A stretch of DNA of 42,269 nucleotides from contig JAUCBJ010002162.1 in the NCBI GenBank assembly GCA_032718475.1, forward strand, positions 1 to 42,269, in the 5' to 3' direction. A model generated the notes under the pieces. The model made no database searches. It saw only the letters and a list, made by a program, of their open reading frames with translations, and had not been told where the DNA came from. Positions 12,150 through 24,604 of this stretch are shown piece by piece. This DNA comes from Nemertoderma westbladi. Taxonomy: Eukaryota > Animalia > Xenacoelomorpha. A program made the position numbers and the translations under genes. How positions within the stretch are numbered: the stretch's first letter is position 1; every line of letters begins with the position of its first letter.

Positions 12150-14730
12150 ATTAGACCAGACAGCTAAAATTTTCCATATGTAGATTTTCATCACTGATGT
12201 CATTTCCCATATCAGTTTTCAAGTTTGGCGGCATTTGTACAGTTTGTATGTCTGTTCGTTTGTCGAAAAACAATATGACACCTTACAAAGCTAAAATCAC
12301 GGTAATGTCTGTTTTCTTGGACTCAGACTTCATTTACGGTATCAGTTTTGATGTTTGGCAGCATTTGTAAAGTTTGTATGTCTGTCCGTTTGTCAGTCGA
12401 TCTGTCTGTCAAAATACAATATGACACCCTATAAAGCTTAAATCTTGGGAATGTCTGTTTTCTTAAATTCCGACTTCATGTACGGTATCAGTTTTCAAGT
12501 TTGGCAGAATTTGTACAGTTTGTATACGTCTGTCCGTTTGTCAGTCGATCTGTCCGTCAAAATACAATATGACACCCTACAAAGCTAATATCCTGGGAAT
12601 GTCTGTTTTCTTGCACTCTGACTTCATTTACCGTATCAGTTTTCATGTTTGGCAGCATTTGTACAGTTTGTATGTCTGTCCGTTTGTCAGTCGATCTGTC
12701 TGTCAAAATACAATATGACACCCTACAAATGCTAAAATCCTGGGAATGTCTGTTTTATTGGACTCTGACTTCATTTACCGTATCAGTTTTCATGTTTGGC
12801 AGCATTTGTACAGTTTATTATGACTGTCCGTTTGTCAGTCATTCTGTCTGTCAAAATACAATATGACACCATACAAAGCTAAAATCCCGGGAATGTCTGT
12901 TTTCTTGGACTCTGACTTTATTTAGTGTATCAGATTTCATGTTTGGCAGCAATTGAACAGTTTGTTTGTCTGTCCGTTTATCAGTCAATCTGTCTGTCAA
13001 AATACAATATGACACCATACAAAGCTAAAATCCCGGGAATATCTGTTTTCTTGGACTCTGACTTCATTTACTGTTTCAGTTGTCATGTTTGGCAGCAATT
13101 GAACAGTTTGTATGTCTGTCCGTTTGTCAGTCGATGTGTCTGTCATAATACAATATGACACCCTTCAAATTCTAAAATCCTGAGAATGTCTGTTTTCTTG
13201 GACTCTGACTTCATTTACCGTGTCAGTTTTCATGTTTGGCAGCATTGTACAGTTTGTATGTCTGTCCGTTTGTCAGTCAATCTGTCTGTCAAAATACAAT
13301 ATGACACCATACAAAGCTAAAATCCCGGGAATGTCTGTTTTCTTGGACCCTGACTTCATGTACGGTATCAGTTTCATGTTTTGCAGCATTTTTACAGTTT
13401 GTATGTCTGTCCGTTTGTCAGTCGATCTGTCTGTCAAAATACAATACGAAACCCTACAAATGCTAAAATCCTGAGAATTTATGTTTTCTTGGACTCTGAC
13501 TTCATTTACTGTATCAGTTTTCATGTTTGGCAGCAATTGAACAGTTTGTATGTCTGTCCGTTTGTCAGTCGATGTGTCTGTCAAAATACAATATGACACC
13601 ATACAAAGCTAAAATCCAGGGAATGTCTGTTTTTTTGGACTCTGACTTCATTTACTGTATCAGTTTTCATGTTTGGCAGCAATTGTACAGTTTATTATGT
13701 CTGTCCGTTTGTCAGTCAATCTGTCTGTCAAAATACAATATCACACCATACAAAGCTAAAATATCGGGAATGTCTGTTTTCTTGGACTCTGAATTCATTT
13801 ACTGTATCAGTTGTCATGTTTGGCAGTATTGTACAGTTTGTATGTCTGTCCGTTTGTCAGTCAATCTGTCTGTCAAAATACAATATGACACCATACAAGC
13901 TAACATCCCGGGAATGTCTGTTTTCTTGGACTCTGACTTCATTTAGTGTATCAGATTTCATGTTTGGCAGCAATTGAACAGTTTGTTTGTCTGTCCGTTT
14001 ATCAGTCGATCTGTCTATCAAAATACAATATGACACCCTGCAAATTCTAAAATCCTGTGAATGTCTGTTTTCTTGGACTCTGACTTCATTTACGGTATCA
14101 GTTTCCATGTTTGGCAGCAATTTTACAGTTTGTAAGTCTGTCCGTTTGTCTGTCAATCTGTCTGTCAAAATACAATATGACACCATACAAAGCTAACATC
14201 CCGGGAATGTCTGTTTTCTTGGACTCTGACTTCATTTAGTGTATCAGATTTCATGTTTGGCAGCAATTGAACAGTTTGTTTGTCTGTCCGTTTATCAGTC
14301 GAACTGTCTGTCAAAATACAATATGACACCCTGCAAATTCTAAAATCCTGTGAAGTTTTCTTGGACTCTGACTTCATTTACGGTATCAGTTTCAATGTTT
14401 GGCAGCAATTTTACAGTTTGTAAGTCTGTCCGTTTGTCTGTCAATCTGTCTGTCAAAATATAATATGACACCCTATAAAGCTTAAATCTTGGGAATGTCT
14501 GTTTTTGGATTCTGAATTCATTTGCGGTATCAGTTTCAATGTTTGGCAACAATTTTACAGTTTGTACGTCTGTCCGTTTATCTGTCAATATGTGAGTCAA
14601 AATATATTTTAACACACCGCAAAACCAAAAAATTCGATACGTGCTTTTTATTGTTCTCTGATTTCATTCCAATATCAATTCTCATGTTTTATGTCACCTT
14701 GACTGTTTGACTGTCAAAATATCATATATC
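12150..14730. repeat. ~145-bp satellite array 3 (~17 units)
   Basis: Same unit; source of the many spurious ORFs at 12645-14710. Confidence 0.95.
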
Positions 14731-14746
14731 ACCCTACAAAGCAAGT

Positions 14747-14938
14747 TTTCTGGGACCGAATTGTCCGGTACCGAATTGTTCGGGACCGAATTGTCCTAGG
14801 ACCGAATTTTCTGGGACCGAATTGTCTGGGACCGAATTGTCCGGTACCGAATTGTCCGGGAACGAATTCTCCTAGGACCGAATTTTCTGGGACCGAATTG
14901 TCTGGGACCGAATTGTCCGGTACCGAATAGTCCGTATC
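14747..14938. repeat. ~17-18-bp minisatellite GG(G/T)ACCGAATTGTCC, probably the subterminal array of a DNA-transposon remnant
   Basis: About 11 tandem units; further scattered copies in both orientations at 14950-15210. Confidence 0.8.
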
Positions 14939-16920
14939 TTGATAGAAATATAATTCGGACCAAAAACAATTTAATATGAAAATTGAATTACAAATATTTA
15001 TATACTTATTTAGCATAATATTAATATGTATAAATTCAAGAATAAAAACGTATTAAATCAATAGCTTAATTTAATTTAATTTGGTCCTGGAAAATTCGGT
15101 CCCATTAAATATGTATGTTATGGGACCGAATTTTCTAAGTCAGTATCCGGTCAATTAGGTCCCAAAACACTAAATTAAAGGGACCGAATTGACCGGGATT
15201 GAATTGTCCTGATTCCATTTTCTTGGTGTCTGTCTTATTTTCGATATCATTTTTCATGTTTGGTGGCATCTCAACTGTCTGTCTGTCTTTCCGTTTGTCT
15301 GTCAATCCGTATGTTAAAAGATATATATCGTACCACATAGTTAAAATCTTATGAGGTTTACCTGGTCTCGGATCTCATTTCCGATGTTAGCATTATTGAT
15401 TGGCTGCAATGAAACTGTTTGTATGTTATGTCAGTATTGATGTTCAGACAGACAAAAAATTTCGTCCAGGAAATCCCAAATAATGGCGAATATTTTAGAA
15501 TAACGTCGTCGTTGTTCTATTTTAGATTGTTGGTATGCCGTCTAACATTTTGATGGACAAACCAACATGATGGACATGAAAAGACAGCTAGCTAGCTAGC
15601 TACAGTATTATAACTCGAGAAATAAAAGATATGTGGTGAGGCCATTTTCACCTACCTATGACATTGTCATTAATTTAACATTAACATTTATTTGTCTAAA
15701 AAGGTTAAGCCTCTTAAGCAAAAAAAATTTGGCATAGAAACCCATAATTTCAATTCTCTTTCAATATGTTTGAAATATGATTGTAGAAATATGGCTGCAT
15801 GTTTTATTTTATCATTTAATTTGCAGCCATAAGCGTGGGCGCAAATGGCCTTATGGCTGCAGGGTAAATTATTTCCATGCAGCCATAAGTCATTTAAAAA
15901 AAATAAAAGTTTCAGCTAAATATATAATATAACATAATTTATATAGCCAATTGTGCCAGATATATGGTTCCTCCAATTCCCTATCGGGAAATATGAAGCC
16001 ATAAGGCCGGTCATCTCTTATGGCTGCATGTGACCATAAGGCCATTTTTGTGACCATAAGGCCATTGTCTTATATATGATGCAGCCATAAGACTTTACCC
16101 AATCGGGTAAAACCGGCATTATGGCTGCATGTGAGATACATATATATATATACCCGTATAAGGGGTTTTGTTACAATATTGAAATAGATGTTACTATTTC
16201 TGGGAAATAATCACTACACAGAAGCTGTGCGCTCTCAGTGAAGTGCTACTTATTGGACACTAAAACAAATAATTATACTGGTCTACGTTACTTATCTACG
16301 ATTTACGTACAATATAGGTGAGAATACAATCTCTAAATAAACACACAAAAAATAATACGTACGAAATTTTAGGGTAATTTCACAGGGAAACTACAAACCA
16401 GTCTAACAAAGGGTTAGAACTTCTGGTCATTGCAACGGACAGGATACTACGGTAGTTGAAATAATAAAGCAGTAGTAAATATACTGCGTTGTCCAGATAG
16501 GAAAAATACCACCGTCTGACGACTTATAGCCGTATTGCTATAAGTACTACATTATGTATCACGGAGTGTTCCTACCTAGAGGTTAATTACCGCAGTCTAC
16601 CAGAACTAACGTGCCTATTAACCACTTTACAACACAAATATACTGCCTACACACTAATTACTTTCGGAAAGCACTGTACACTAAACCCTAAATTAGGTAC
16701 AAGTACTTGTAAAACAGATAACCAGCAGTTAAATATACTTGAACAGTTAAAAGAACCACGGCATCTGCTGGAGTGACCGGGGCACAAAGTCACCAGTCTT
16801 TACCTACGCCAAGCAGCCCGTGTAGTACCGGGGTTAATTTATCCATAACGGTATGTATAACAAGCACAATTACTGTAGGAATAAACTTGGGGACATGAAT
16901 GTTGCGAATAATCGCATAAA

Positions 16921-17500
16921 CTCTGAATAATAAATATTACGCTACCCGTACAGAATACTCAAACAAAATACAAACCAAACGCTGGCAGACTACTATCAAG
17001 CCTAAATAAACTACAGTATGTGCAGATTCCGAAATGGTTAGTTAGTATGCGTTCTAACACGGTAGTACGACTTATTCTTTAGGAGGGGGTTGACCTTACA
17101 ACTCAAGATGCCCCAACTTACTAACTGGCACTTCATCAGACAAACTCTACACACGCAGCAATTTCTTCAGACCTAACAACAGCCAGACAACAATCCAGCT
17201 TACAAAATATCTGAATAATAACTATTACGGTACCTGAACAGACTACACAAACAAACACAGGCTAAACGCTGGCAGACTACTATCAAGCCTAAATAAACTA
17301 CAGTATATGCAGATTCCGAAATGGTTAGTTAGTATGCGTTCTAACTCGGTAGTACGACTTATTCTTTAGGAGGGGGTTGACCTTACAACTCAAGATGCCT
17401 CAACTTACTAACTGGCACTTTATCAGACAAACTCTACACACGCTGCAATCTCTCCAGACTTAACAACAGTCAGACAACAGTCCAGCCTACAAGTATCTGA
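16921..17500. repeat. ~287-bp tandem duplication
   Basis: AAACGCTGGCAGACTACTATCAAGCC at 16977 and 17264, with >200 bp of near identity following. Confidence 0.9.
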
Positions 17501-17674
17501 ACAATCTGAGCAGACTTACACGTCTTCTGCTCAATATTAACCAACAGATAAATAAGAACTGACAGAAATAAATAAGCTCCAAAAGAAACAAGGGGTGTAC
17601 AGTCCCTAATTTCTTAAACAGCCTACCAATGTATAATATCACAATCGAAATAATACTGATATACTTGTACGGTA

Positions 17675-17840
17675 AGTACCGGTTCAGGCAGTTGGGCCTA
17701 CGGACCTACAGCAGTACCGGTTCAGGCAGTTGGGCCTACGGACCTACAGCAGTACCGGTTCAGGCAGTTGGGCCTACGGGCCTACAGCAGTACCGGTTCA
17801 GGCAGTTGGGCCTACGGACCTACAGCAATACCGGTTCAGG
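17675..17840. repeat. 38-bp minisatellite x~4.4
   Basis: AGTACCGGTTCAGGCAGTTGGGCCTACGGACCTACAGC at 17675, 17713, 17751, 17789, partial at 17827. Confidence 0.95.
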
Positions 17841-18032
17841 TTTACCGGTCGACCGGCACTTTCAACTTTATTGCTTACTGCAATAAAGAAGCTAGAACTG
17901 TTATTGTTCTTACCAGAACAATAGTAAACTGTATTTATTGCCTACACTGCAATTAAGATCAATAACTGTTATTGTTCTTACCAGAACAATAGACAACATT
18001 ATTTATTCTTTTATTTATTCTATAACTGTTAT

Positions 18033-19180
18033 TGTTCGCGCTTTTAAGACCTTTAGCAGTTTAACCTGCCAAAATTTATATGTCTTTTAGTTTATAAATC
18101 GACTTTAGAAAATGGCAAATATTTAATACAAATAAACACAACATTAGCCGAAGCCAGTCTATGCGCGACCATTCACCCGCTGGATATACCCGGGAGACCG
18201 GATTCGGATGCTTAGATTTTATTGCGGTGTAAGCCTACTGTATTATTCGATTGATCATTAATATATAATCTCTGACAAATATTATTCACTTTCGGAAAAT
18301 ATTAACAGTTCCTTTAGGACGTGGCGCTCTATCTATGTAAACAGAGCTATGACTTATACTAAACACAACGGTATGGCTTAGGATTCACGTATGAGGCGCA
18401 TTCTTTAGGAGATGCTTAGTTATCAGTCACAATCATGCACACTACTAGTACCGCACAATACTGCTCAATGATTTGCCGACAGTTTCTGAATTTGATCATG
18501 CATAAAGAGAACAGCAATGGACTCATGTAGTATCTATGAAACAGCATTAGATTCACTACAAACCACAATAATATAAGTCGCAATTGCTATATGTAACCGG
18601 TCTCTCTAACCTGTAGTGTATCAAGAAGATTGGGAATTTTGGGTTATTTATCGATATTCTCCAAATAACAATATTCCGTCAACCGATACAATTAATAACC
18701 AACAGTAAATAGCAGTAAAATGGTAGGTTAAGATATGATATGATATGTGAGTTGAGTGTGTTAAGATATGACTCGATAACAGTTATACGTTCTATAATCT
18801 AAGCCTACTAATGTTTCTTCTAAAGTCTGAAACACAGAGTCATTCCAAAAGCCGATGTTCAGGCGCAGTAGGAACAACACAACACAACACTGACTCTGTG
18901 AGCTGTTGCAGGTATCTTTTCAACACAGAGAGGAATAGCTCTCATTGGCAGAACACCAGATTCCGCAGGTTCCACGAATGTCTAAATGCCTAACTATCAG
19001 GGTTTTTGTCGCCCTTGGCCAGCACACAAAATGAGTCACTCCGCTCGGTTGCTCTGGTTGCATACTCTGCTGTTATAGCTCTGGTTGGTCGATCGAAAAT
19101 AACAAAGAGGCCCAACGTACAGCAAATCAGCCAATCAGCCGGTAGCTCGCATCATTCGAGTTAGGGAACCTTTGAGAGTA
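18033..19180 (+). repeat. Left arm of a ~1.1-kb diverged inverted repeat
   Basis: Colinear with the reverse complement of 37670-38744, e.g. TGTTCGCGCTTTTA, TTAGCAGTTTAACCTGCCAA, ATGCGCGACCATTCACCC, GATAACAGTTATACGTT. Confidence 0.9.
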
Positions 19181-19633
19181 TTCCAGCGCCTTGGGGGAAC
19201 TGGATTGCAAAGCAAAAGGGCCAGTTATATCCCACAAAAGCTTTTACACTACATTCTACTCTATTACACTTACTTACCCCCCCCCCCCCCCCCCCCACCC
19301 CACAAACGATATTACTTCAAGCCATGTACCTTTTCTGGTGAGCAGCCGTCCACTAGCTACGCTATTTGGCTGCCCTCCAAACCCATTCGAATTTCTCCTT
19401 AAAAAAGTGCACTTATTATCATGTAAATGCATATATACTGTATTACATTTATATATTGAAGCAACATGTGCATATATCTATAAATTATCATATGGGTTAA
19501 ATATACATTGATTGATTGATTGATTGACAGCGCTGAGGATCTTGCGCTGTCCGGGGGCATTGAGGGGTAGGTAGCGAAGATCGCTAGCCTAAATTATAAT
19601 TAATTATAATATTGATAAACTCATATAGCAGCT

Positions 19634-20171
19634 ATGACTGAGTTGATAGAAGATGATCTTGGTATCAGGGAACGATATACCCTGCCGTTACAAGCGTTTA
19701 TTGATAGTTTAATACGCGGTGACGCTGGTCCAACTACTACGGAGGACGATGGTCGTTATATCGAACCGCCAATGTCCCAGGAGCAACTCACGCGTGAATT
19801 GGACTATAGAAAATTCACCGCTCGCTACACGCATCGTAATGGTACGTATATGGACTTCTTAACTACTAGTTATCCTATCGACTTACACGATACGGACGAT
19901 GTAGACACCTAAAGGGAAATGGTTTTATTTAAATATCATACCCAGCGGAGTCGGAACGATAAACCAAGAATCGAACACGAGAATTCTATTCGAAACCGAC
20001 TTGAAAGAGAAGACGTTGAAGAGCCGGATAAACGCAGCGACTTCAACAAATATCTGGAATTCTTGAGAGAAACATATCTCAATATTGCCAGTCAACAAAA
20101 TCTAGAAACTCGACATCCTCAATGTATACATCATGACCCTATGATAGAACTCAAACGACTCTATTTCACTA
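19634..20171 (+). pseudogene. 5' part of a decayed intronless ORF of unknown family, interrupted by the BEL element
   Basis: ORFs 19634-19912 and 19919-20215 are in frame, separated by a single TAA; protein-like composition; runs into the LTR at LYFT. Confidence 0.55.
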
Positions 20172-21536
20172 TATATGGAAGAGACGGAAACAATACCTGC
20201 AATATCTTACTGTAAAGTTCGTGAATCAAATCATAAATCCGACCTTCTCACCAAAACAGTAAACTCTAAGTAAGCGAATATATTGCAGTATCGATCTCTT
20301 ATAACCGGTGAGGCAGAAAACAGTCTACGAGCAGACAAACTTCGATAAAACAAAATCCCGCGCAGCGAATCCTAAAATCAGGCTGACTCGCTGACGGACT
20401 AAGGGGCTCGTATACTTTGCCGCGGTGTGATTTATATGGTTGGGCGAAAGGGACGCTAGCTAGGTACAGAGGCAGAGATTTGGAGATGTCTAACTAGCGG
20501 GCAAAGTGCAGTAAGGACGAAAGTTAATTTTATATATTTTGAGGTGTAAATAATTTCTAACGCGCGTGTGTTAATTCTGAACGGTCAAAAGCAGTTTTGC
20601 TCCTTCACATATATAATCACTGGGTACGGTGTGCATTTTACAAATATTCTAATTTTGCAACTTGTAGGTCCAATACTCACGAATAATAAGGTTCCTTCCC
20701 CTCTTGCGTATTTCCAGGACTCAAATTCAGGCATAAGGTTAATACTACGCCCAGAATTCGGCAATTTTAGGTACCAGGTCCCTAATACTAAGAAGAAATG
20801 TGTTAGTTTACTACTGTAGGCGTACAGTTACTAATAGCTATCCTGGCTCTTATCTGGAATTTTAGTCACCTAGGTAGGCTGGGTAACTTCCTATCAGGAC
20901 GTTGGCGGGGACACTGTAGATGTTAGTATATCCCTAATAGCCTCAATTTATTTGCGCCTAGTTGTAAACTGCCCTACCGCCTGAACGGTACAATCCTAAT
21001 TCAGGTGAAACACAATAACCCCCCTGGCCTACAAGTTCTGATGTAATAGACACCGTTGTACGGCAAATAGTCACAGACGCACCTGTACTTAGCAAGAGTT
21101 AAGCGTACAGTTTGCTGCACCCTAACCAATTTGTATGCCTCGTACCGGTGTGCCTACGTCCTATCTGCGTACTAGTATCTTTGCTCTCTCCCTCCCCCCG
21201 TAGGAATATGAAGGTCTACTGCGGTTTTTTCCTGAATTAAAACGGTACAGTCCCTAAGATGTAATTTTAGGCTTACAGCGTGTCACTACTTCTACCTTTT
21301 GATCTTTTGGTCTTATGCTTAGGTAGCAAGGCATCAAACGCTGTCTAACCTTTCAGGCGATGGGCGAATAACTCAAGATGGTATTGCGGGTTGTCTCCTG
21401 TCTACATTCCCCTGATGTTCCCGTTCATTGCTGCGGCCCGATCTCTAGCCGGCCATCCTGTCCCTTAGCTGGGTTCACCGTGGTGAAGCATAGTAAAACA
21501 GATAGAAAAAGGGCAGATGTGACTAGTATTTCTAAC

Positions 21537-21805
21537 TTTATTACAAAATCAAATAATAACTATTATACAATAAACAATGTAATCTGAAATAATGTAGTTA
21601 AGTTAAGATAGATCAGCAATTGAATATACGATAGAATAACTAATGAACAAATCGCACCTTTATATAGCAAATTTGTGCTGCAATCAATCGAGAAAATTCT
21701 CGATTGTTCTATAGGTTCTAACAGGTTTTTAAAGATAGCTATTGGTCCAGCTAATATATAACTTGCACGACATTGGTTACAATCAAATAACTACAGTCTC
21801 ATTGG
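21537..21805 (-). promoter_or_regulatory. LTR Pol II promoter and poly(A) signal (second copy 36208-36476)
   Basis: Three CCAAT boxes ~30 bp apart (21801, 21772, 21741), TATATAAA (21666-21659), AATAAA (21542-21537), all in the sense orientation of gag-pol. Confidence 0.7.
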
Positions 21806-21880
21806 TACAGACAAATGCAATTAATTTGTAGCGGTCAATTTAAATGAGTTGAAATTCTGCACAAAAAATAATTCGCACTT

Positions 21881-21949
21881 ACTAGGATTCGAACTCAATA
21901 CCTACTACACATATAATTTCCAACACTCTACCGACTGAGCTACTGAACC
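21881..21949 (-). pseudogene. tRNA-derived Pol III cassette in the 3' LTR
   Basis: GGTTCAGTAGCTCAGTCGGTAGAG (A box, D-arm)...GAGTTCGAATCC (B box), followed by T6 at 21868-21863. Confidence 0.7.
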
Positions 21950-22139
21950 ACTTGACCAATAGGCGTATAAATGATATAACAAATACAAATGAGGACTCAA
22001 AGTAATCTTTTAGCAAAGTTAATTCGAATAAAATAAAATTTTGAAAATCCACGGCATTTAGGGAATATAATTCTATACCGCTCCATGAAAACAGGATATT
22101 ATCGTGCATAAAATATACGGTTTTCACCAATAATCAATC

Positions 22140-22885
22140 AAACTATAGAATACTTAGGGCGTACTTACATATTTACAATTAAATTTCAAACAATACTTCC
22201 TTTCTACGTAATGATTTGATACAAAATAATTACAAATTCAAACTTTACGTATTTAAGGCTTTACTAAGTAAGTACAATATAAATCTAAATTAAATTCACC
22301 AATATAAATCTATTGCATCTCAATATTGCATAAATTCAAACAATTACAAATACAAATAAATGAAAACAATAAGAAAGGCTCGCGAGTCTTCCATCTACTA
22401 TTGCATCTCAAATATTGCATAAATTCAAATAATTACAAATACTTTCGTACCTAAATGTAAATTGCATAAGTTCGGAATAATTACAAATATGAGTCTTTCT
22501 AAGCACAAAACTTTCTAACTATAAAACTTTCTAAATACAAAATATAACACTTTACAAATGAAACTATAAGAAAGGCCCACGAGTCTTCCATCTACTCTTA
22601 CTTTCTATTTCACTGTAAATACAAATACTGCTTATAAAATATAAATTGCATAATATTCGGAACAATATAAATTGCATAAGTTCGGAATAATTACAAATAT
22701 AAAATATAAATTCTTACAAAATATAAATCTTTACTAAATATAAATCTTACTAAATATGAGTTCTTATTTCTAAATTTCATAAATTCGGAACAATACAAAT
22801 TGCATAAGTTCGGAATAAACACAAATATAAATATAAATTCAAATAAATCACAAATTCACAAGAAAGGCTCACGAGTCTTCCGTCC
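22140..22885. repeat. AT-rich repetitive 3' UTR of the retrotransposon
   Basis: Several AAATTGCATAAGTTCGGAATAATTACAAAT-like units plus three copies of the 17-nt motif. Confidence 0.8.
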
Positions 22886-22901
22886 ACCCTTGCCCTCCCT
22901 T

Positions 22902-24604
22902 TTATCGCTTAGTTGATCGAGCCCTGCCGCGTCCTCGAAAACTGCGCACAGGTGACTTTGCTCGCGATATGGGACTAATGGGGCGAGTCACTGGTTTACT
23001 TGGGACGTTGAGAGACGGTGCGACTATTTCCTCGCAAATTCGTCTATTAGGTATCCCGAATCCTCGTCCGATTCCTCGTGACCGATCAGTTGTCACTACA
23101 GTTGGTAGAACGTCTGGGAACGCGCGAGAAGCGGACGACGCAGACCCAAGAGTAGCTTGCGCCCCCTTTTGATCAGCTGGTGTGTGTCCCGATCCTCCTG
23201 TTGGTTCTCTATCAAGCGATACCGTATCCCGAGTAATTCGAATAGTCGGCTCAACTCCCTTACGCTCTTCTATATTAATAGACTTCTTTAACTGTTGGCC
23301 CACTTTCTGGACCCGTATGATCCTACCCTGTCCGTCCTCCCGAGGGTGACGTGCAGACGGCGCAACCGGAGTGGCTGGTATATTTGTCGCCTCTAGGACC
23401 TCCTCTTCCTCGAATACGCTCGCTCGTATACGTTTGTGGTAAAACGCGGCTCGGTACGCCCATGCGACGGTTAACCAAGCTCCTTTATTCCGCTTTTCAG
23501 TTCGGAAACGATCGAATTCACCATACGTGATGCGATTAACGACTTTCTGAAAATTCCACGTGTTTTTGTTATCCGGGTGAATCTGTAATAGATACTCGCG
23601 CACTACTCGGAATCCACTGTCGTGGGGCAAAATATCGACTACCTCGATAAGTTCGTCATATTGGGGCATAGCGGAGATATATCCTTCCGACATCATCGTT
23701 TGGGGATTTATCGCCCAAAATCCAAGATGCGCCCTCATCGGAAATCGTCTTCTTTGTGCCGATACATGTTCGTCGGCTAAATCTTCCCACTCATCAAATA
23801 ATTTTCTCACGAGTTTTACAGATTCGTGTTCATAGGGTATGTCTCTTAGTTGGCATTCAGATGCTCGATGCCCTTTTATATTGCAATAAGTACATTGAGC
23901 CATAAATCTCCAGCAAGTATAAAAGGTATGAGACCCTTGATCCCCACACCATCCACAGATTAGCTGAGTCGTAGTAATGTGCTTTCCACTGCACTTTGTC
24001 ATATGATGTCCAGCGACGCCACATTTACCACACATCGTATTGGCAGGGTACCACACTCGTTCGTATATAAGATCTCCAATCGGTCGAGCGCTTCCTCCCA
24101 CACTATAATCGTAATCATCTGGATCTATGGGTTGGTAGGTTTCTGAAGGTTGTATACAAACTATAGCATCTGTTGCTTCAAGTTGTCGAATCTCCGTCTG
24201 AGATTTCTTCGGGAGGTTCCTTTCTATCTCAAGAAGTTCCTCTAAAGGATCGTCAGTGATCGTAGTAGTTACTTCGAAATCATCACCAAGGTGACCGATA
24301 GGCGCGCGCGTCTGCCGTGATTCATCCGTAATCTCCACGATACGTTCTCCTTCATAGGGTAACAATGTAAACATAGATGGTCTTTCGATAAGAGATCCCG
24401 CACAGCGAAGATACACGTCTCGAAATATGCTAAATCCTGCTCGAGTAAAGGCATTGCTGTCCTTACGAGCTTCGCTGTACTTTCTGATAATTCTTTTATA
24501 CCAAATATAGTGTAGTCCTTGGCTCCAAATCTTTCGAATAGCGCTGCTGCCTCCTCTTGGATATCATATCCCCATCTCGGCTCTCCTTGTATCCCTTTCT
24601 CCAT
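22902..24604 (-). CDS. Accessory ORF3: triple CCHC zinc-knuckle protein with a basic RG/RS tail (one frameshift near 24422)
   Basis: 504-aa ORF 22902-24416 with CGKCGVAGHHMTKC, CGWCGDQGSHTFYTC, CTYCNIKGHRASEC; the overlapping ATG-initiated ORF from 24604 probably supplies the N-terminus. Confidence 0.75.

Larger units (their letters stand above)
5690..13240. repeat. Tandem duplication of a ~3.05-kb unit; second copy enlarged by a 1.6-kb MITE
   Basis: 5731 aligns to 8782 (offset 3051); after the insertion 7061 aligns to 11710 (offset 4649); copies highly similar. Outer ends lie within satellite and are approximate. Confidence 0.9.
20172..22054 (-). repeat. 3' LTR
   Basis: Matches 34843-36725 except for five substitutions seen (20900, 21062, 21181, 21393, 21925). 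Confidence 0.93.

Noticed and set aside
5098-14710. Many 60-140 aa ORFs in the satellite arrays
   Set aside because: Translations of the 145-bp repeat in several frames and on both strands; no evidence of coding.
17675-17840. 38-bp repeats as a CRISPR array
   Set aside because: Head-to-tail units with no unique spacers, no cas genes, eukaryotic context.
19526-19592. CTGAGGA plus hairpins as a hammerhead ribozyme
   Set aside because: No correctly placed GAAA or cleavage triplet found.
21881-21949. Functional tRNA gene
   Set aside because: Acceptor and anticodon stems do not pair; only the promoter boxes and D-arm remain.
20568-22130. Short ORFs duplicated in both LTRs
   Set aside because: Duplication reflects LTR identity; no domains, and mostly antisense to the element.
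22885-22901. AAAAGGGAGGGCAAGGG-TG as the PPT
   Set aside because: It lies ~830 bp from the 3' LTR and the sequence after it is not repeated at the 5' end; an internal PPT role cannot be excluded.
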